In this document: piece after piece, positions 53,603 to 63,310 of the stretch
How the letters are laid out: each line of letters starts with the position of its first letter
How positions within the stretch are numbered: position 1 is the stretch's first letter
Assembly: GCA_045600485.1 (NCBI GenBank)
Contig: JAZRXX010000055.1
Coordinates: 7,293 to 71,292, forward strand
DNA from: Bacteroidales bacterium
GTDB lineage: Bacteria; Bacteroidota; Bacteroidia; Bacteroidales; UBA3663
Reading direction: 5' to 3'
DNA: 64,000 nucleotides
The notes under the pieces: model-generated
Seen by the model: the letters and a program-made list of their open reading frames with translations, nothing else
The model's database searches: none
Told to the model about the DNA's origin: nothing
Program-made: the position numbers and the translations under genes

Positions 53603-54955
53603 ATGTTTGAAAATCTTTCCGAGCGTCTTGAACGCTCATTCAAAATCCTGAAAGGTGAGGGAAAAATCACCGAAATCAATGTAGCAGAAACCCTGAAGGA
53701 TGTACGTCGTGCCCTGTTGGACGCCGATGTCAACTACAAGGTTGCTAAAACCTTTACCGATACTGTCAAGCAGAAGGCTTTGGGTATGGATGTACTCACA
53801 GCTGTAAAGCCTGGTCAGTTGATGGTCAAGCTTGTGCACGACGAGTTGGCACTCCTCATGGGAGGTCAAGCCGTTGAACTGAACCTGAAGGGCGATCCTA
53901 CCATCATCCTGATGGCTGGTCTCAATGGTGCAGGTAAGACAACCCATACCGGAAAACTGGCTTTGATGCTTAAGGACAAGAAGGGCAAGAAGCCTCTGTT
54001 GGCTGCGTGCGACGTTTATCGTCCTGCGGCTATCGATCAGCTCGAAGTGGTGGCTGGTCAGGTGGGTTGTCCTGTCTATAAGGATCTGGATTGCAAGGAT
54101 CCGGTCAAGATTGCTAAGGATGCCATCGCTCACGCCCGTGCCAATGGCAACGATGTGGTATTGCTCGATACCGCTGGTCGTTTGGCTATCGACGAGGCTC
54201 TGATGCAGGAGATCGAGAACATCAAGAAGGCTGTCAATCCAACGGAGATCCTCTTTGTTGTTGATTCTATGACTGGTCAGGATGCAGTCAATACGGCCAA
54301 GGAGTTCAATGATCGTTTGGACTTCACGGGTGTTATCCTCACCAAACTTGATGGCGATACCCGTGGTGGTGCTGCCCTCACTATCCGTACCGTGGTCAAC
54401 AAACCTATCAAGTTTGTGGGTATGGGCGAGAAGATGGATGCGCTCGATGTCTTCTACCCAGAACGTATGGCTGGCCGTATCCTCGGCATGGGTGACGTTG
54501 TCTCGCTCGTTGAACGTGCTCAGCAGCAGTATGACGAGAACGAGGCCAAGAAGCTTCAGAAGAAGATCTCGCAGAATAAGTTTGACTTCAACGACTTCTA
54601 TGCACAGCTCCAGCAGATCAAGAAGATGGGTAACATCAAGGATCTGGCTGCTATGATTCCAGGTGTAGGCAAGGCCCTCAAGGATGTGGAGATTGGCGAC
54701 GATGCCTTCAAGGGCGTTGAGGCGATCATCAACTCGATGACTCCATATGAGCGCGAGCATCCGGAGTGCCTGAATCCTTCGCGACGCAACCGTATTGCCA
54801 AGGGCTCCGGTACCAACATCCAGGATGTGAACCGTCTGGTCAAGCAGTTCGACGATATGCGCAAGATGATGAAGAAGATGACTGACTTCAAGCGCGATCC
54901 TCGTGCCATGATGCGTGGTCTGCCTAAGATGCCAGGCGGTATGCCGAGATTCTGA
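53603..54955 (+). CDS. ffh: Signal recognition particle protein
   Basis: It has MFENLSERL...L.G...ITE.N, GLNGAGKTT, DTAGR and a Met-rich M domain. Confidence 0.97.
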   Translation: MFENLSERLERSFKILKGEGKITEINVAETLKDVRRALLDADVNYKVAKTFTDTVKQKALGMDVLTAVKPGQLMVKLVHDELALLMGGQAVELNLKGDPTIILMAGLNGAGKTTHTGKLALMLKDKKGKKPLLAACDVYRPAAIDQLEVVAGQVGCPVYKDLDCKDPVKIAKDAIAHARANGNDVVLLDTAGRLAIDEALMQEIENIKKAVNPTEILFVVDSMTGQDAVNTAKEFNDRLDFTGVILTKLDGDTRGGAALTIRTVVNKPIKFVGMGEKMDALDVFYPERMAGRILGMGDVVSLVERAQQQYDENEAKKLQKKISQNKFDFNDFYAQLQQIKKMGNIKDLAAMIPGVGKALKDVEIGDDAFKGVEAIINSMTPYEREHPECLNPSRRNRIAKGSGTNIQDVNRLVKQFDDMRKMMKKMTDFKRDPRAMMRGLPKMPGGMPRF

Positions 54956-55071
54956 TCGGATGGGGATTCTCCATCATACTAACTTGCATGTCAGACATGC
55001 ATAGTTATTAGTTAAATCGGAGTAGAATGGAGTTCCTTCTTTCCTCTTCTTTCCACTCTGCGAGTATTTTA

Positions 55072-55143
55072 TTCTCAAGAAGAGTTGAAGAATAGAAGCG
55101 TCTGCAAACCACAGATTTTCTGGTCTTCTCCTCTTCTTTGAGT
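55072..55143. repeat. Single copy of the hairpin element (ttctcaagaagagttgaagaatagaag ... cttctcctcttctttgag)
   Basis: It is the same family as 1508, 3540-4356 and 56309. Its 3' flank gttttatagtcaatcaac is shared with 56309. Confidence 0.8.
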
Positions 55144-55392
55144 TTTATAGTCAATCAACATAAGTAGTTGTTCAAAATTAGTTATAAGTATCAGTAGATT
55201 TCTTCGTTTTACATCTTTAATTCATCTTGAGTGCATCTTCGAACTTTTGCTTCGGTTACAATGTCACATTGCTCAACCTTCGTATCGCGCGAGCAAAGCT
55301 CGGAGGCGCCTCAGTAAAAGCCCAAATCTGCCTCTCAATCTGAACAAAATATGTTAAACTAATTCTGAACACCTACTTAGCGTCCTAATAAT

Positions 55393-55476
55393 TCACACAA
55401 AGAAGACAAAGGGGGAAAGACTTTTTGTCTTCGTGCCTTCGTGTGAGTTTACGCAAGTCTTTTGAGACGCTACACT
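55393..55476. repeat. Dispersed 'tcacacaaagaagac...cttcgtgccttcgtgtgag' hairpin element, copy 2
   Basis: It has tcacacaaagaagacaaagggggaaagactttttgtcttcgtgccttcgtgtgag plus the tail tttacgcaagtcttttgagacgctacact, which matches 1261..1424. Confidence 0.75.
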
Positions 55477-55592
55477 AGGATTAAATATCTTATTTTTCTT
55501 GTATTATAGAATCGGAGATGAGAATACTTGAACATTTGGGATAAATCAAGAGAATTTCGGCAGAAATATTTGGAAGATCCATGAAAAGTCGC

Positions 55593-55600
55593 TATCTTTG
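55593..55600 (+). promoter_or_regulatory. -7 box (TATCTTTG) for the MNT/HEPN pair
   Basis: It matches TAnnTTTG and lies 22 nt upstream of the ATG at 55622. Confidence 0.5.
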
Positions 55601-55621
55601 CACCGTCCAAAGAATACAACG

Positions 55622-55921
55622 ATGAAACTAATAGAACTCAACTTGCAGAAGATTTTTGACTTATGCCGCCGGTATAAGGTGAACAAGTTGTTTGTCTTTG
55701 GTTCCATTTTGACCCCTCGATTTAATAGCAATAGCGATGTCGATATGGTGGTCAACTTCCAAGATATTCCTTTGGAGGATTATGCCGACAATTATCTGAA
55801 TTTTAAGGACGCACTTGTTCAACTGCTCGGCAGAGAGGTAGATCTGTTAGAGGAAACAGGAATTCGTAACAAGGTTCTACAAGCGAATATTGACCGAACA
55901 AAACAATTGATTTATGGATGA
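55622..55921 (+). CDS. Minimal nucleotidyltransferase (MNT) antitoxin of a HepT/MntA-type (type VII) TA pair
   Basis: It has LFVFGSILTPRFNSNSDVDMVVNF, the GS...DxD nucleotidyltransferase motif. It is about 99 aa and overlaps the downstream HEPN gene by 8 nt. Confidence 0.85.
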   Translation: MKLIELNLQKIFDLCRRYKVNKLFVFGSILTPRFNSNSDVDMVVNFQDIPLEDYADNYLNFKDALVQLLGREVDLLEETGIRNKVLQANIDRTKQLIYG

Positions 55922-56264
55922 ATATATCAAAACTTGTCTGGTTGACGTTCTGAATGCTTGCAATGAGGTTGAGTCGTTTTTTGCTGATCAACCAAAGTTC
56001 TTTGAGCAATTCAAGTCTGATATGCTCCGAATAAGGGCAGTTGAGCGTAATGTTGAGATTATGGGAGAGGCCATCAATCGTATCTTAAAACAAGATCCGA
56101 CCTTTGAATTACCTAATGCTAGAGCCATTATCTCGACACGAAATCGTGTTATTCATGGGTACGATTCTGTAACGCCAGAGTTTCTTTGGAGTTTGGTCAT
56201 TAACCATATACCTGCCTTAAAGAAAGATATTGAATTGATTTGCGCCACAAATGGGAATCAATAG
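55914..56264 (+). CDS. HEPN-domain (DUF86 / HepT-like) toxin
   Basis: It is 116 aa and has the R-x4-H motif in RNRVIHGYD near the C-terminal third. It is translationally coupled to the MNT gene. Confidence 0.85.
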   Translation: MDEYIKTCLVDVLNACNEVESFFADQPKFFEQFKSDMLRIRAVERNVEIMGEAINRILKQDPTFELPNARAIISTRNRVIHGYDSVTPEFLWSLVINHIPALKKDIELICATNGNQ

Positions 56265-56308
56265 AAATTTATAAACTCGTGTGTTGTCGCAATGTTTTTT
56301 TTATATCA

Positions 56309-56381
56309 TTCTCAAAGAAGAGGAGAAGGATAGAAGTATTTAGCTAACCACTAATCTTCTTATCTTCTCCTCTTCTTTGAG
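56309..56381. repeat. Single copy of the hairpin element (ttctcaaagaagaggagaaggatagaag ... cttctcctcttctttgag)
   Basis: It is in the same family and orientation as 55072..55143. The shared 3' block is cttctcctcttctttgagtKttatagtcaatcaac. Confidence 0.8.
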
Positions 56382-56543
56382 TGTTATAGTCAATCAACGG
56401 AAAACACATTATCGAATCATTCGGCTTAGAAAATTTCAGGGATTTTGTACAAAAGAAAGTTTGATATTGTAACGCAATTGTTTCATGTATCATAATTGAA
56501 AGTATATGTTACTATTTGATTTGCGCGTTTAAGGAATAAACTG

Positions 56544-56551
56544 TACCTTTG
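56544..56551 (+). promoter_or_regulatory. -7 box (TACCTTTG) upstream of the GH43-GH8 gene
   Basis: It matches TAnnTTTG and lies 62 nt upstream of the ATG at 56613. Confidence 0.45.
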
Positions 56552-56612
56552 CGCCCGAATAATAAAGCATTTGGTTTATCACCATGTAAAAATCGAATAG
56601 CACTAAAAGCCG

Positions 56613-59600
56613 ATGAAAACAAAAATTCTATTACCCATGGCGTTTATCGCCACAGCCTTGAATGCGCAGAATCCGTTGATCATGTCGCAGTTCACGGCCG
56701 ATCCAACAGCTCGTGTCTTCGATGGAAAGATTTATCTCTATCCGTCGCACGACATTCATCCATCGTCTAATCCGAATCCATCGCAACCCGATTGGTTCTG
56801 CATGGCCGACTACCATGTCTTTTCGTCCGACAATCTGACCGATTGGACAGACCATGGCGTGATTCTCGACCAGAAAGATGTGCCTTGGGGCGATCCCGCC
56901 GGTTTCTCGATGTGGGCTCCTGACTGTGTGAAGGGAAAGGATGGCCGTTACTATTTCTATTTCCCCGATAAACCGAAGGAGGGTCGAGGTTTCGGTGTAG
57001 GCGTAGCCATCTCCGATACTCCTTATGGCCCATTCAAGCCAGAAGAAAAGAACATACAGGGACTTTCGGGCATTGATCCATGTGTGCTCCAGGCTTCGAA
57101 TGGCAAGAACTATATCTTCTGGGGCGGTGGCGGCCTGCGCGGCGCCGAATTGAAGGACAATATGCTCGAATTGGCCGATGACACGCCGAGCGAGACCATC
57201 AAGCGTGGAAACTTCGAGATGAAGATAACGGGTGTCGATGTGGCCAAGCCGTTGCCAGAGGGATTCAAGGAGGGGCCTTTCGCCTTCGAACGTCAGGGCA
57301 AGTTCTATCTGACATTCCCTTGGGTACGATACAAGAAGGGCGACAAGGATAAGAATGGCAATGTGATCGATAATGCCACCGAGACTTTGGCTTATGCTAT
57401 GAGCGATAAGCCTCTGGGCCCATACGAGTTCAAGGGAATCATCATGGAGGAGTGGGAGAACCACTGCTGGACCAACCACCACAGTATCGTGGAGTGGAAG
57501 GGACAGTGGTACATCTTCTATCATCATAATGACCTGTCGCCTCGTTTCGACAAGAACCGTTCGGCCTGTTGCGATTCGTTGCAGTTCAATGCTGATGGTA
57601 CCATCCAACAGGTTATCCCAACCCGTCGAGGTGTAGGGATTACCGACGGTCGAGGTCATGTGGAAATGGATCGTGCCAATGTGCTGGGTGGTGGTGCAAC
57701 CATCGCTTACAACGACACTACCAACTGTGCTTTGGGTTGGAGATTGGCTCTCCCAGCCGGAGGTTATGCCGAATATGGCAACGTGCGCATCGAGAATCCC
57801 GAAAACTATACCGTTTGGGTAAACCAGCCGGGTTGGTTCGGCCGTATGAGCCTCAAGAAGATTGAGGAGGTGGCTGGATTGGCGCTCGAGATGAAGAAAC
57901 TTGACAACGGTTTGTACCAGCTTCGTCTGGAGAACAAGGGAGAACGTGCCTTGGAGGTTGATTGGATTTCTGTTCAGCCGGGTAGCAGTAAGCCTTTGGC
58001 TCCACTCAGCCGAGGCGGACTTGAAACGGGTGTGTACCGCAATCTCTTTGTTGAAGTAGGACATACTGAGGCAGAGGTTGAGGCAAAGTTGCAGCAGGTG
58101 TGGTACGATGTCTTCGAGGGACCCAATAAGGTCTATTTCGAGGTAGGAGATACCATGGGTTATGTGTCGGACGTCAAGAACAACGATGTGCGGACCGAAG
58201 GACAGTCTTACGGCCTGATGGCATCGGTCCAGATGGGAAAGAAGGATGTCTTTGACCGTATCTGGCGTTGGAGCAAGAAATATATGCAGAACCAGGATGG
58301 CCCGATGAAGGGCTACTTCCGCTGGAGTTGCAAGACCGATGGAACACCGAATGCCATGGGTCCAGCCAGCGATGGTGAACTCTATTATATTACTGCTTTG
58401 ATCTTCGCTTCGAACCGTTGGGGCAACGATACCGGCATCAACTACCTGAAGGAGGCTCAGTACCTGCTCGATATCATCCAGCCAAAGACTACTGTGTTTG
58501 AGCAGACTTTCGACTGGAAGACCAAGAAAAAGCTCAAGAAACCGATCCGTATGGAGCGTCAGATCTCATTGATTGATCCTGAGACGCAACTCATCACTTT
58601 CGTGCCAGGTGCCAAATACACCGATCCGTCGTACCACTTGCCAGCCTTTTACGAGGTTTGGGCTCGCTATGCACAGGATGGTCGTGCTTCGTACTGGCGT
58701 GAATGTGCCCGCAAGAGCCGTGAATATCTGCATCGCAGCATTCACCCGATGACCGGACTGAATCCGGATTACAACAACTACGACGGATCGCTCTTGAACA
58801 ACGGTCATCTGTTGGGCGACTGCTTCCGTTACGACTCATGGCGTGTACCTATGAACATTGCGCTCGACTACTCGTGGAGTTGTGCAGATCGAGAGTGGCA
58901 GCATAACTATGGCCACACGATCCAGAACTTCCTCTACAATGAAGGTATCGACAAGTTCGTAGATCAATACAATGTGGATGGTACCCGACCAGAGAAGATA
59001 CTGCGTGCTGGCAATTATCCGGAGGCTTTGCGTCACAGTATCGGATTCGTCGCCACTTCGGCTGCAGTTTCGCTTGTCTGTACACATCCGAAATCGTATG
59101 AGTTCATCGAGGCGTTGTGGAATGCCAAGCATGAACCGGATCAGGCAGGCTACTTCGATGGCTACTACGATGGTCTATTGCGTCTGTTCGCCTTTATGCA
59201 CCTGTCGGGCCGTTATCGCGTCATTGAGCGCGAGATGCAGTTCTCGTCTTACTTCCAGGAGGCTGGTGCACAGGCTGCTCAGCCCGATGATATGGGTTTC
59301 CTGTTGCGTTGGAAACTGGCAGAACCAATTGCCAAGCCTAATGCAAGCAACACGATGTTTGTGGATAGCTATCTGCGTGAGAATCTGAACTGGTCGGATG
59401 ACACTTCGATCCAGTGGAAGAAGGTCGATTCGAAACGTACGAACGTGAAACTGTTCCGTTTTGCATCGTGCCAGAATCTGCGCTACTATGGCGTCATCTT
59501 CCAGGCCGAAACTGTGATTGTGTGCGATGAGGAGATACGCGATGTGCGTCTGTCGGTCGGTTCGAACTCCGCCTCTCGCTGGTGGCTGGACGGTCAGGAA

Positions 59601-59783
59601 ATCCTGTTGATGAGTGGCGACCGCCGTATGGTACAGGACGATGCCATGTCGCGTCGCATTACTCTGCACAAAGGTCGCAATGTGTTGCGTGGCGCTGTCA
59701 TCAACGGTCCTGGTATGAGTGATTTCTGTGTGCGTCTGTTGGATGCTAATGGTCAACCTGTCAAAAACTATACAATAGAATGA
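56613..59783 (+). CDS. Multidomain glycoside hydrolase: N-terminal GH43 (beta-xylosidase/arabinofuranosidase-like), central GH8-like domain (reducing-end xylose-releasing exo-oligoxylanase type) and a C-terminal beta-sandwich
   Basis: The GH43 part is NPLIMSQFTADPTARVFDGKIYLYPSHD, FSMWAPD and EGPFAF. The GH8-like part is RTEGQSYGLMASVQMGKKDVFDRIWRW plus the aromatic-rich (alpha/alpha)6 region. It has a signal peptide. Confidence 0.85.
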   Translation: MKTKILLPMAFIATALNAQNPLIMSQFTADPTARVFDGKIYLYPSHDIHPSSNPNPSQPDWFCMADYHVFSSDNLTDWTDHGVILDQKDVPWGDPAGFSMWAPDCVKGKDGRYYFYFPDKPKEGRGFGVGVAISDTPYGPFKPEEKNIQGLSGIDPCVLQASNGKNYIFWGGGGLRGAELKDNMLELADDTPSETIKRGNFEMKITGVDVAKPLPEGFKEGPFAFERQGKFYLTFPWVRYKKGDKDKNGNVIDNATETLAYAMSDKPLGPYEFKGIIMEEWENHCWTNHHSIVEWKGQWYIFYHHNDLSPRFDKNRSACCDSLQFNADGTIQQVIPTRRGVGITDGRGHVEMDRANVLGGGATIAYNDTTNCALGWRLALPAGGYAEYGNVRIENPENYTVWVNQPGWFGRMSLKKIEEVAGLALEMKKLDNGLYQLRLENKGERALEVDWISVQPGSSKPLAPLSRGGLETGVYRNLFVEVGHTEAEVEAKLQQVWYDVFEGPNKVYFEVGDTMGYVSDVKNNDVRTEGQSYGLMASVQMGKKDVFDRIWRWSKKYMQNQDGPMKGYFRWSCKTDGTPNAMGPASDGELYYITALIFASNRWGNDTGINYLKEAQYLLDIIQPKTTVFEQTFDWKTKKKLKKPIRMERQISLIDPETQLITFVPGAKYTDPSYHLPAFYEVWARYAQDGRASYWRECARKSREYLHRSIHPMTGLNPDYNNYDGSLLNNGHLLGDCFRYDSWRVPMNIALDYSWSCADREWQHNYGHTIQNFLYNEGIDKFVDQYNVDGTRPEKILRAGNYPEALRHSIGFVATSAAVSLVCTHPKSYEFIEALWNAKHEPDQAGYFDGYYDGLLRLFAFMHLSGRYRVIEREMQFSSYFQEAGAQAAQPDDMGFLLRWKLAEPIAKPNASNTMFVDSYLRENLNWSDDTSIQWKKVDSKRTNVKLFRFASCQNLRYYGVIFQAETVIVCDEEIRDVRLSVGSNSASRWWLDGQEILLMSGDRRMVQDDAMSRRITLHKGRNVLRGAVINGPGMSDFCVRLLDANGQPVKNYTIE

Positions 59784-61237
59784 AAAGACATTTGATATAT
59801 CTCGTGGCATTCGCCCTGTGTGGCGTAAGTGAAGTCAAGGCACAATCGGGTGCCCCTTATATCCACGATCCTTCGACCCTTGCTGAATGCGATGGCAAGT
59901 GGTACACTTTCGGCACCGGTGGTGGTGGCTTGATTTCGGACGATGGCTGGAGCTGGCACGGTGGCGCTGTGCGTCCTGGTGGCGGTGCTGCCCCTGATGT
60001 CCTGAAGATCGGCAACCGTTATCTGATCGTGTATGGAACTACCGGTGGTGGCCTGGGTGGCAAGCACAATGGCCGAATATTGACCATGTGGAACAAGACG
60101 CTCGATCCGCAGAGTCCAGACTTTAAGTTTTCGGAGCCTATTGAGGTGGCTCAGAGTGATGGACTGGAGGACAATGATGCCATCGATCCAGGTCTGCTGC
60201 TTGATCCAAGCACCGGACGTCTGTGGATGTCGTATGGAACCTACTTCGGCGCTATCCGTATCGTTGAACTCGATCCAAAGACGGGTGCTCGTGTGGATGG
60301 CAACGAACCTCAGGATATTGCCATCGACTGCGAGGCTACCGACCTGATTTATCGTGATGGCTGGTATTACCTGCTGGGTACTCATGGTACCTGTTGCGAT
60401 GGAGTCAATTCTACCTATAACATCGTAGTGGGTCGAAGCAAGAGTCCAACTGGCCCTTATCTTGATAATGTGGGCAGAGATATGCGCAATGGTGGTGGAC
60501 GTATGTGCTGCGGTGTCGAGCCAAGACATGTGGGTGCTGGCCACTTTGGACGCACGATTGTTGCTGATGGCGTCGAAGCCTGTTCTTACCACTGGGAGGC
60601 AGACTACGACCGTAGCGGACGTTCTGTTCTGACTGTTCATCCGCTGGTGTGGCGCAATGGTTGGCCTGAGTCTGCTCCACAATTCCAGGGTGGCGACTAT
60701 TCGATCATCTCTGAGCGCCGAGGCTATGCTCTGGAACTCTCTGTCGATTTCGTGCGCCAGAATCAGGCTCGCCGTATGCATTGGAACCTGGATCCGAACG
60801 AGAAACTCGAGGCTTTGCCAGAACAGACTCTTGCCGAAGTGCAGGCAGGTTGGCCTGCCGGTGCCTTGGATGTTCGTGTGGGCGACAATATGTTCCGTCC
60901 ACATCAGCGTTGGTCGATTGTGGCTGTGCCTGAAGCCGGAGGTTACCTGACCGCCCCTTATTTCAAGATCTGCATCGAGGGTACAGAGCGTACGCTGGCT
61001 GTGACTGCCGACTGTGAACTGACGGTTGTGCCTCAGTACACAGGTGCACAGGAGCAGCTGTGGCGCATTGAGATGTGTACCGATGGTACTTATCGTATCA
61101 TGCCAAAGCGTCTGCCTGGCAGTCCAGTGGATAATACCACCTATGTGCTCTATTCCATTGCCGACAGTACTCCGACTTTGGCCCCTTGGGACAATAACTC
61201 GGACAATGCCAAATGGCGTCTTTATAAAAGTAAATAA
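59780..61237 (+). CDS. GH43 family glycoside hydrolase (arabinanase-like) with a C-terminal ricin-type (QxW) lectin-like region
   Basis: It has PYIHDPSTLAECDGKWYTFGTG, DAIDPGLLLD and GRLWMSYGTYFGAIRIVELDP. The C-terminal QRWSIV and EQLWRIE are QxW-like. It has a 4-nt ATGA overlap with the upstream gene. Confidence 0.85.
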   Translation: MKRHLIYLVAFALCGVSEVKAQSGAPYIHDPSTLAECDGKWYTFGTGGGGLISDDGWSWHGGAVRPGGGAAPDVLKIGNRYLIVYGTTGGGLGGKHNGRILTMWNKTLDPQSPDFKFSEPIEVAQSDGLEDNDAIDPGLLLDPSTGRLWMSYGTYFGAIRIVELDPKTGARVDGNEPQDIAIDCEATDLIYRDGWYYLLGTHGTCCDGVNSTYNIVVGRSKSPTGPYLDNVGRDMRNGGGRMCCGVEPRHVGAGHFGRTIVADGVEACSYHWEADYDRSGRSVLTVHPLVWRNGWPESAPQFQGGDYSIISERRGYALELSVDFVRQNQARRMHWNLDPNEKLEALPEQTLAEVQAGWPAGALDVRVGDNMFRPHQRWSIVAVPEAGGYLTAPYFKICIEGTERTLAVTADCELTVVPQYTGAQEQLWRIEMCTDGTYRIMPKRLPGSPVDNTTYVLYSIADSTPTLAPWDNNSDNAKWRLYKSK

Positions 61238-61257
61238 CACATTTATTATATAATATA

Positions 61258-63246
61258 ATGAGAACCGTAATTCTTACTACCTTATTGACAAGTTCATTCA
61301 GCTTGTTGTCGGCTTACACGCTGACAAGTCCCGACCAAAAACTGCAAGTCAATGTTGACTGCAAGGATGGTCAGGCTCAGTACTCTGTTTTTTTGAACCA
61401 GAAGGCTGTCATTCTCGATTCGCCTTTGGGTATTGTTGCCAATGTTGGCAACTATGCTGAAGGTATGCAACTGACGAAGGCTTCGGACGTGGTCGAGGTG
61501 AAGGATGACTATACCTTGGCCAATATCAAGCGTTATGACAACCACTATGTGGCCAATCGCCAGATCTTTTCATTCAGCAAGGGCGATGCCCAGGTCATGA
61601 ATATCGAATTTGAGGTTAGCGACAATAATGTAGCCTTCCGCTATCAGTTGTTGCCAGCTAAGCGAGATACCAAGTGCTGCGTAATCGACAAGGAGGTCAC
61701 TTCGTTCAAGATACCTGAGCAGTCAACAACCTTCCTCTGTCCTCAGATGGGAGAGATGACGGGCTTTGCCCGTACTGCACCAAGCTATGAAACTCACTAT
61801 GACGCTGATGCACCTATGGGAAAGAATGGATGGGGTAGAGGTTATACCTTCCCTTGTCTGTTCCATGTGAAGGCTAACCCTAACGATAACCTTAACCCTA
61901 ACGATAACCTTTGGGTCTTGATTTCTGAAACTGGTGTGGATGGTAACTATGTTGCGTCGAAACTCGAGAACCGTGGTGCCAATCACTATGAACTCTCGTT
62001 CCCTTCGCCTAAGGAGAACAATGGCTTTGGTACTGCATCTGCTCAGGTTGCTTTGCCAAGCTACACCCCATGGCGTACCATCACCGTTGGCGAGACGTTG
62101 AAGCCTATCGTTGAAAGTACCGTCACTTGGGATGTGCTGCATGGTCTGCAGCCTGTACAGCCTAAGGAGAAGTATGGTCGTGGTGCCTGGTCTTGGATCA
62201 TTGCAGGCGACGGCAGCTGCAAATACGATGTCCAGAAGAACTATATCGACTTTGCTGCTGAGATGGGGTGGGAATCACTCCTGATTGATGCTTTCTGGGA
62301 TGCTCAGATCGGTCGTGACAAGATCGCAGAGTTGGCAGCTTATGGCAAGACCAAGGGTGTGAACCTTTATCTGTGGTATAATTCGAATGGCGTGTGGAAC
62401 GATGCTCCTCAGTCTCCGCTGAATTGCATGGACCGTTCGTACCGTCGCCGTGCCGAGATGAAGTGGATGCAGAGTGTTGGCATCCGAGGCATCAAGGTTG
62501 ACTTCTTCGGTGGCGACAAACAGTGCACGATGCAGCTCTACGAGGACATCCTGCGCGATGCCGAAGAGTTCGGTCTGATGGTTATCTTCCATGGTTGTAC
62601 TCTGCCACGTGGTTGGGAACGTATGTATAGCAATTTCGCTGCTTGCGAAGCTGTACGTGCCAGCGAGAATCTCCACTTCAGCCAGGGCGAGTGTGATCGT
62701 GAGGCTATGGATGCCACTTTCCTGCCATTTATCCGCAATGCTGTGGGTAGCATGGACTTCGGCGGAAGTACACTTAACTGGTACTACAATGCCGGTAACA
62801 ACCGTGGTAGCCATCGTGTGACTTCGAATGTATTTGCGTTGGCAACGGCTATCCTCTTCCAGAGCCCTGTACAGCATTTTGCCATGGCTCCAAACAATCT
62901 GACCGATGCTCCTGATTGGTGCCTTGACTTCATGAAGAAGGTTCCAACCTCATGGGACGAGGTCCGTTTCATTGATGGTTACCCTGGCAAGTATGTTGTT
63001 CTGGCCCGTCGTACTGGCGATAAGTGGTACATTACCGGTATCAATGCCCAGGCAGAGCCTCTTCAGCTCAAGCTCGACCTTTCGATGTTTGGCGTAGGCG
63101 CTGACCTGAAGGTTTACAGCGAAGATATGAAGCTCTCGAAGGGTAAGGTTACACCTGAGGGTGGTGTCAAGACGATCAAGAACAACAAGAAACAGTCGCT
63201 TGCTGTAACCATTCCTAACAATGGCGGTTTGGTGATCTGTCAATAG
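61258..63246 (+). CDS. Glycoside hydrolase family 97 (alpha-glucosidase/alpha-galactosidase type)
   Basis: Its N-terminus is LTSPDQKLQVNVDCKDGQAQYSVF.. and it has IKVDFFGGDKQ and FHGCTLPRGWERMYSN. It contains a repeat-encoded insert ANPNDNLNPNDN. Confidence 0.85.
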   Translation: MRTVILTTLLTSSFSLLSAYTLTSPDQKLQVNVDCKDGQAQYSVFLNQKAVILDSPLGIVANVGNYAEGMQLTKASDVVEVKDDYTLANIKRYDNHYVANRQIFSFSKGDAQVMNIEFEVSDNNVAFRYQLLPAKRDTKCCVIDKEVTSFKIPEQSTTFLCPQMGEMTGFARTAPSYETHYDADAPMGKNGWGRGYTFPCLFHVKANPNDNLNPNDNLWVLISETGVDGNYVASKLENRGANHYELSFPSPKENNGFGTASAQVALPSYTPWRTITVGETLKPIVESTVTWDVLHGLQPVQPKEKYGRGAWSWIIAGDGSCKYDVQKNYIDFAAEMGWESLLIDAFWDAQIGRDKIAELAAYGKTKGVNLYLWYNSNGVWNDAPQSPLNCMDRSYRRRAEMKWMQSVGIRGIKVDFFGGDKQCTMQLYEDILRDAEEFGLMVIFHGCTLPRGWERMYSNFAACEAVRASENLHFSQGECDREAMDATFLPFIRNAVGSMDFGGSTLNWYYNAGNNRGSHRVTSNVFALATAILFQSPVQHFAMAPNNLTDAPDWCLDFMKKVPTSWDEVRFIDGYPGKYVVLARRTGDKWYITGINAQAEPLQLKLDLSMFGVGADLKVYSEDMKLSKGKVTPEGGVKTIKNNKKQSLAVTIPNNGGLVICQ

Positions 63247-63283
63247 ACCCACCCCCTAACCCCTCCCGTCATAGGGAGGGGAG
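63246..63283. repeat. GC-rich hairpin element, copy 4 (inverted orientation)
   Basis: The sequence gacccaccccctaacccctcccgtcatagggaggggag starts at the last base of the GH97 stop codon. Confidence 0.7.
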
Positions 63284-63310
63284 TATATACAATAATATGA
63301 TTAATTCGAA

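Noticed and set aside
59768-61240. A 490-aa ORF antisense to the GH43 arabinanase-like gene. Similar long antisense ORFs occur at 49614-50852, 56631-58064, 25268-26236, 53636-54760, 27686-28660, 36494-37423 and 47739-48692.
   Set aside because: In every case the opposite strand encodes a protein with strong family motifs (GH43, GH28, GH43-GH8, SerS, Ffh, GH9, GH2, MATE). The antisense products have no motifs and skewed composition.
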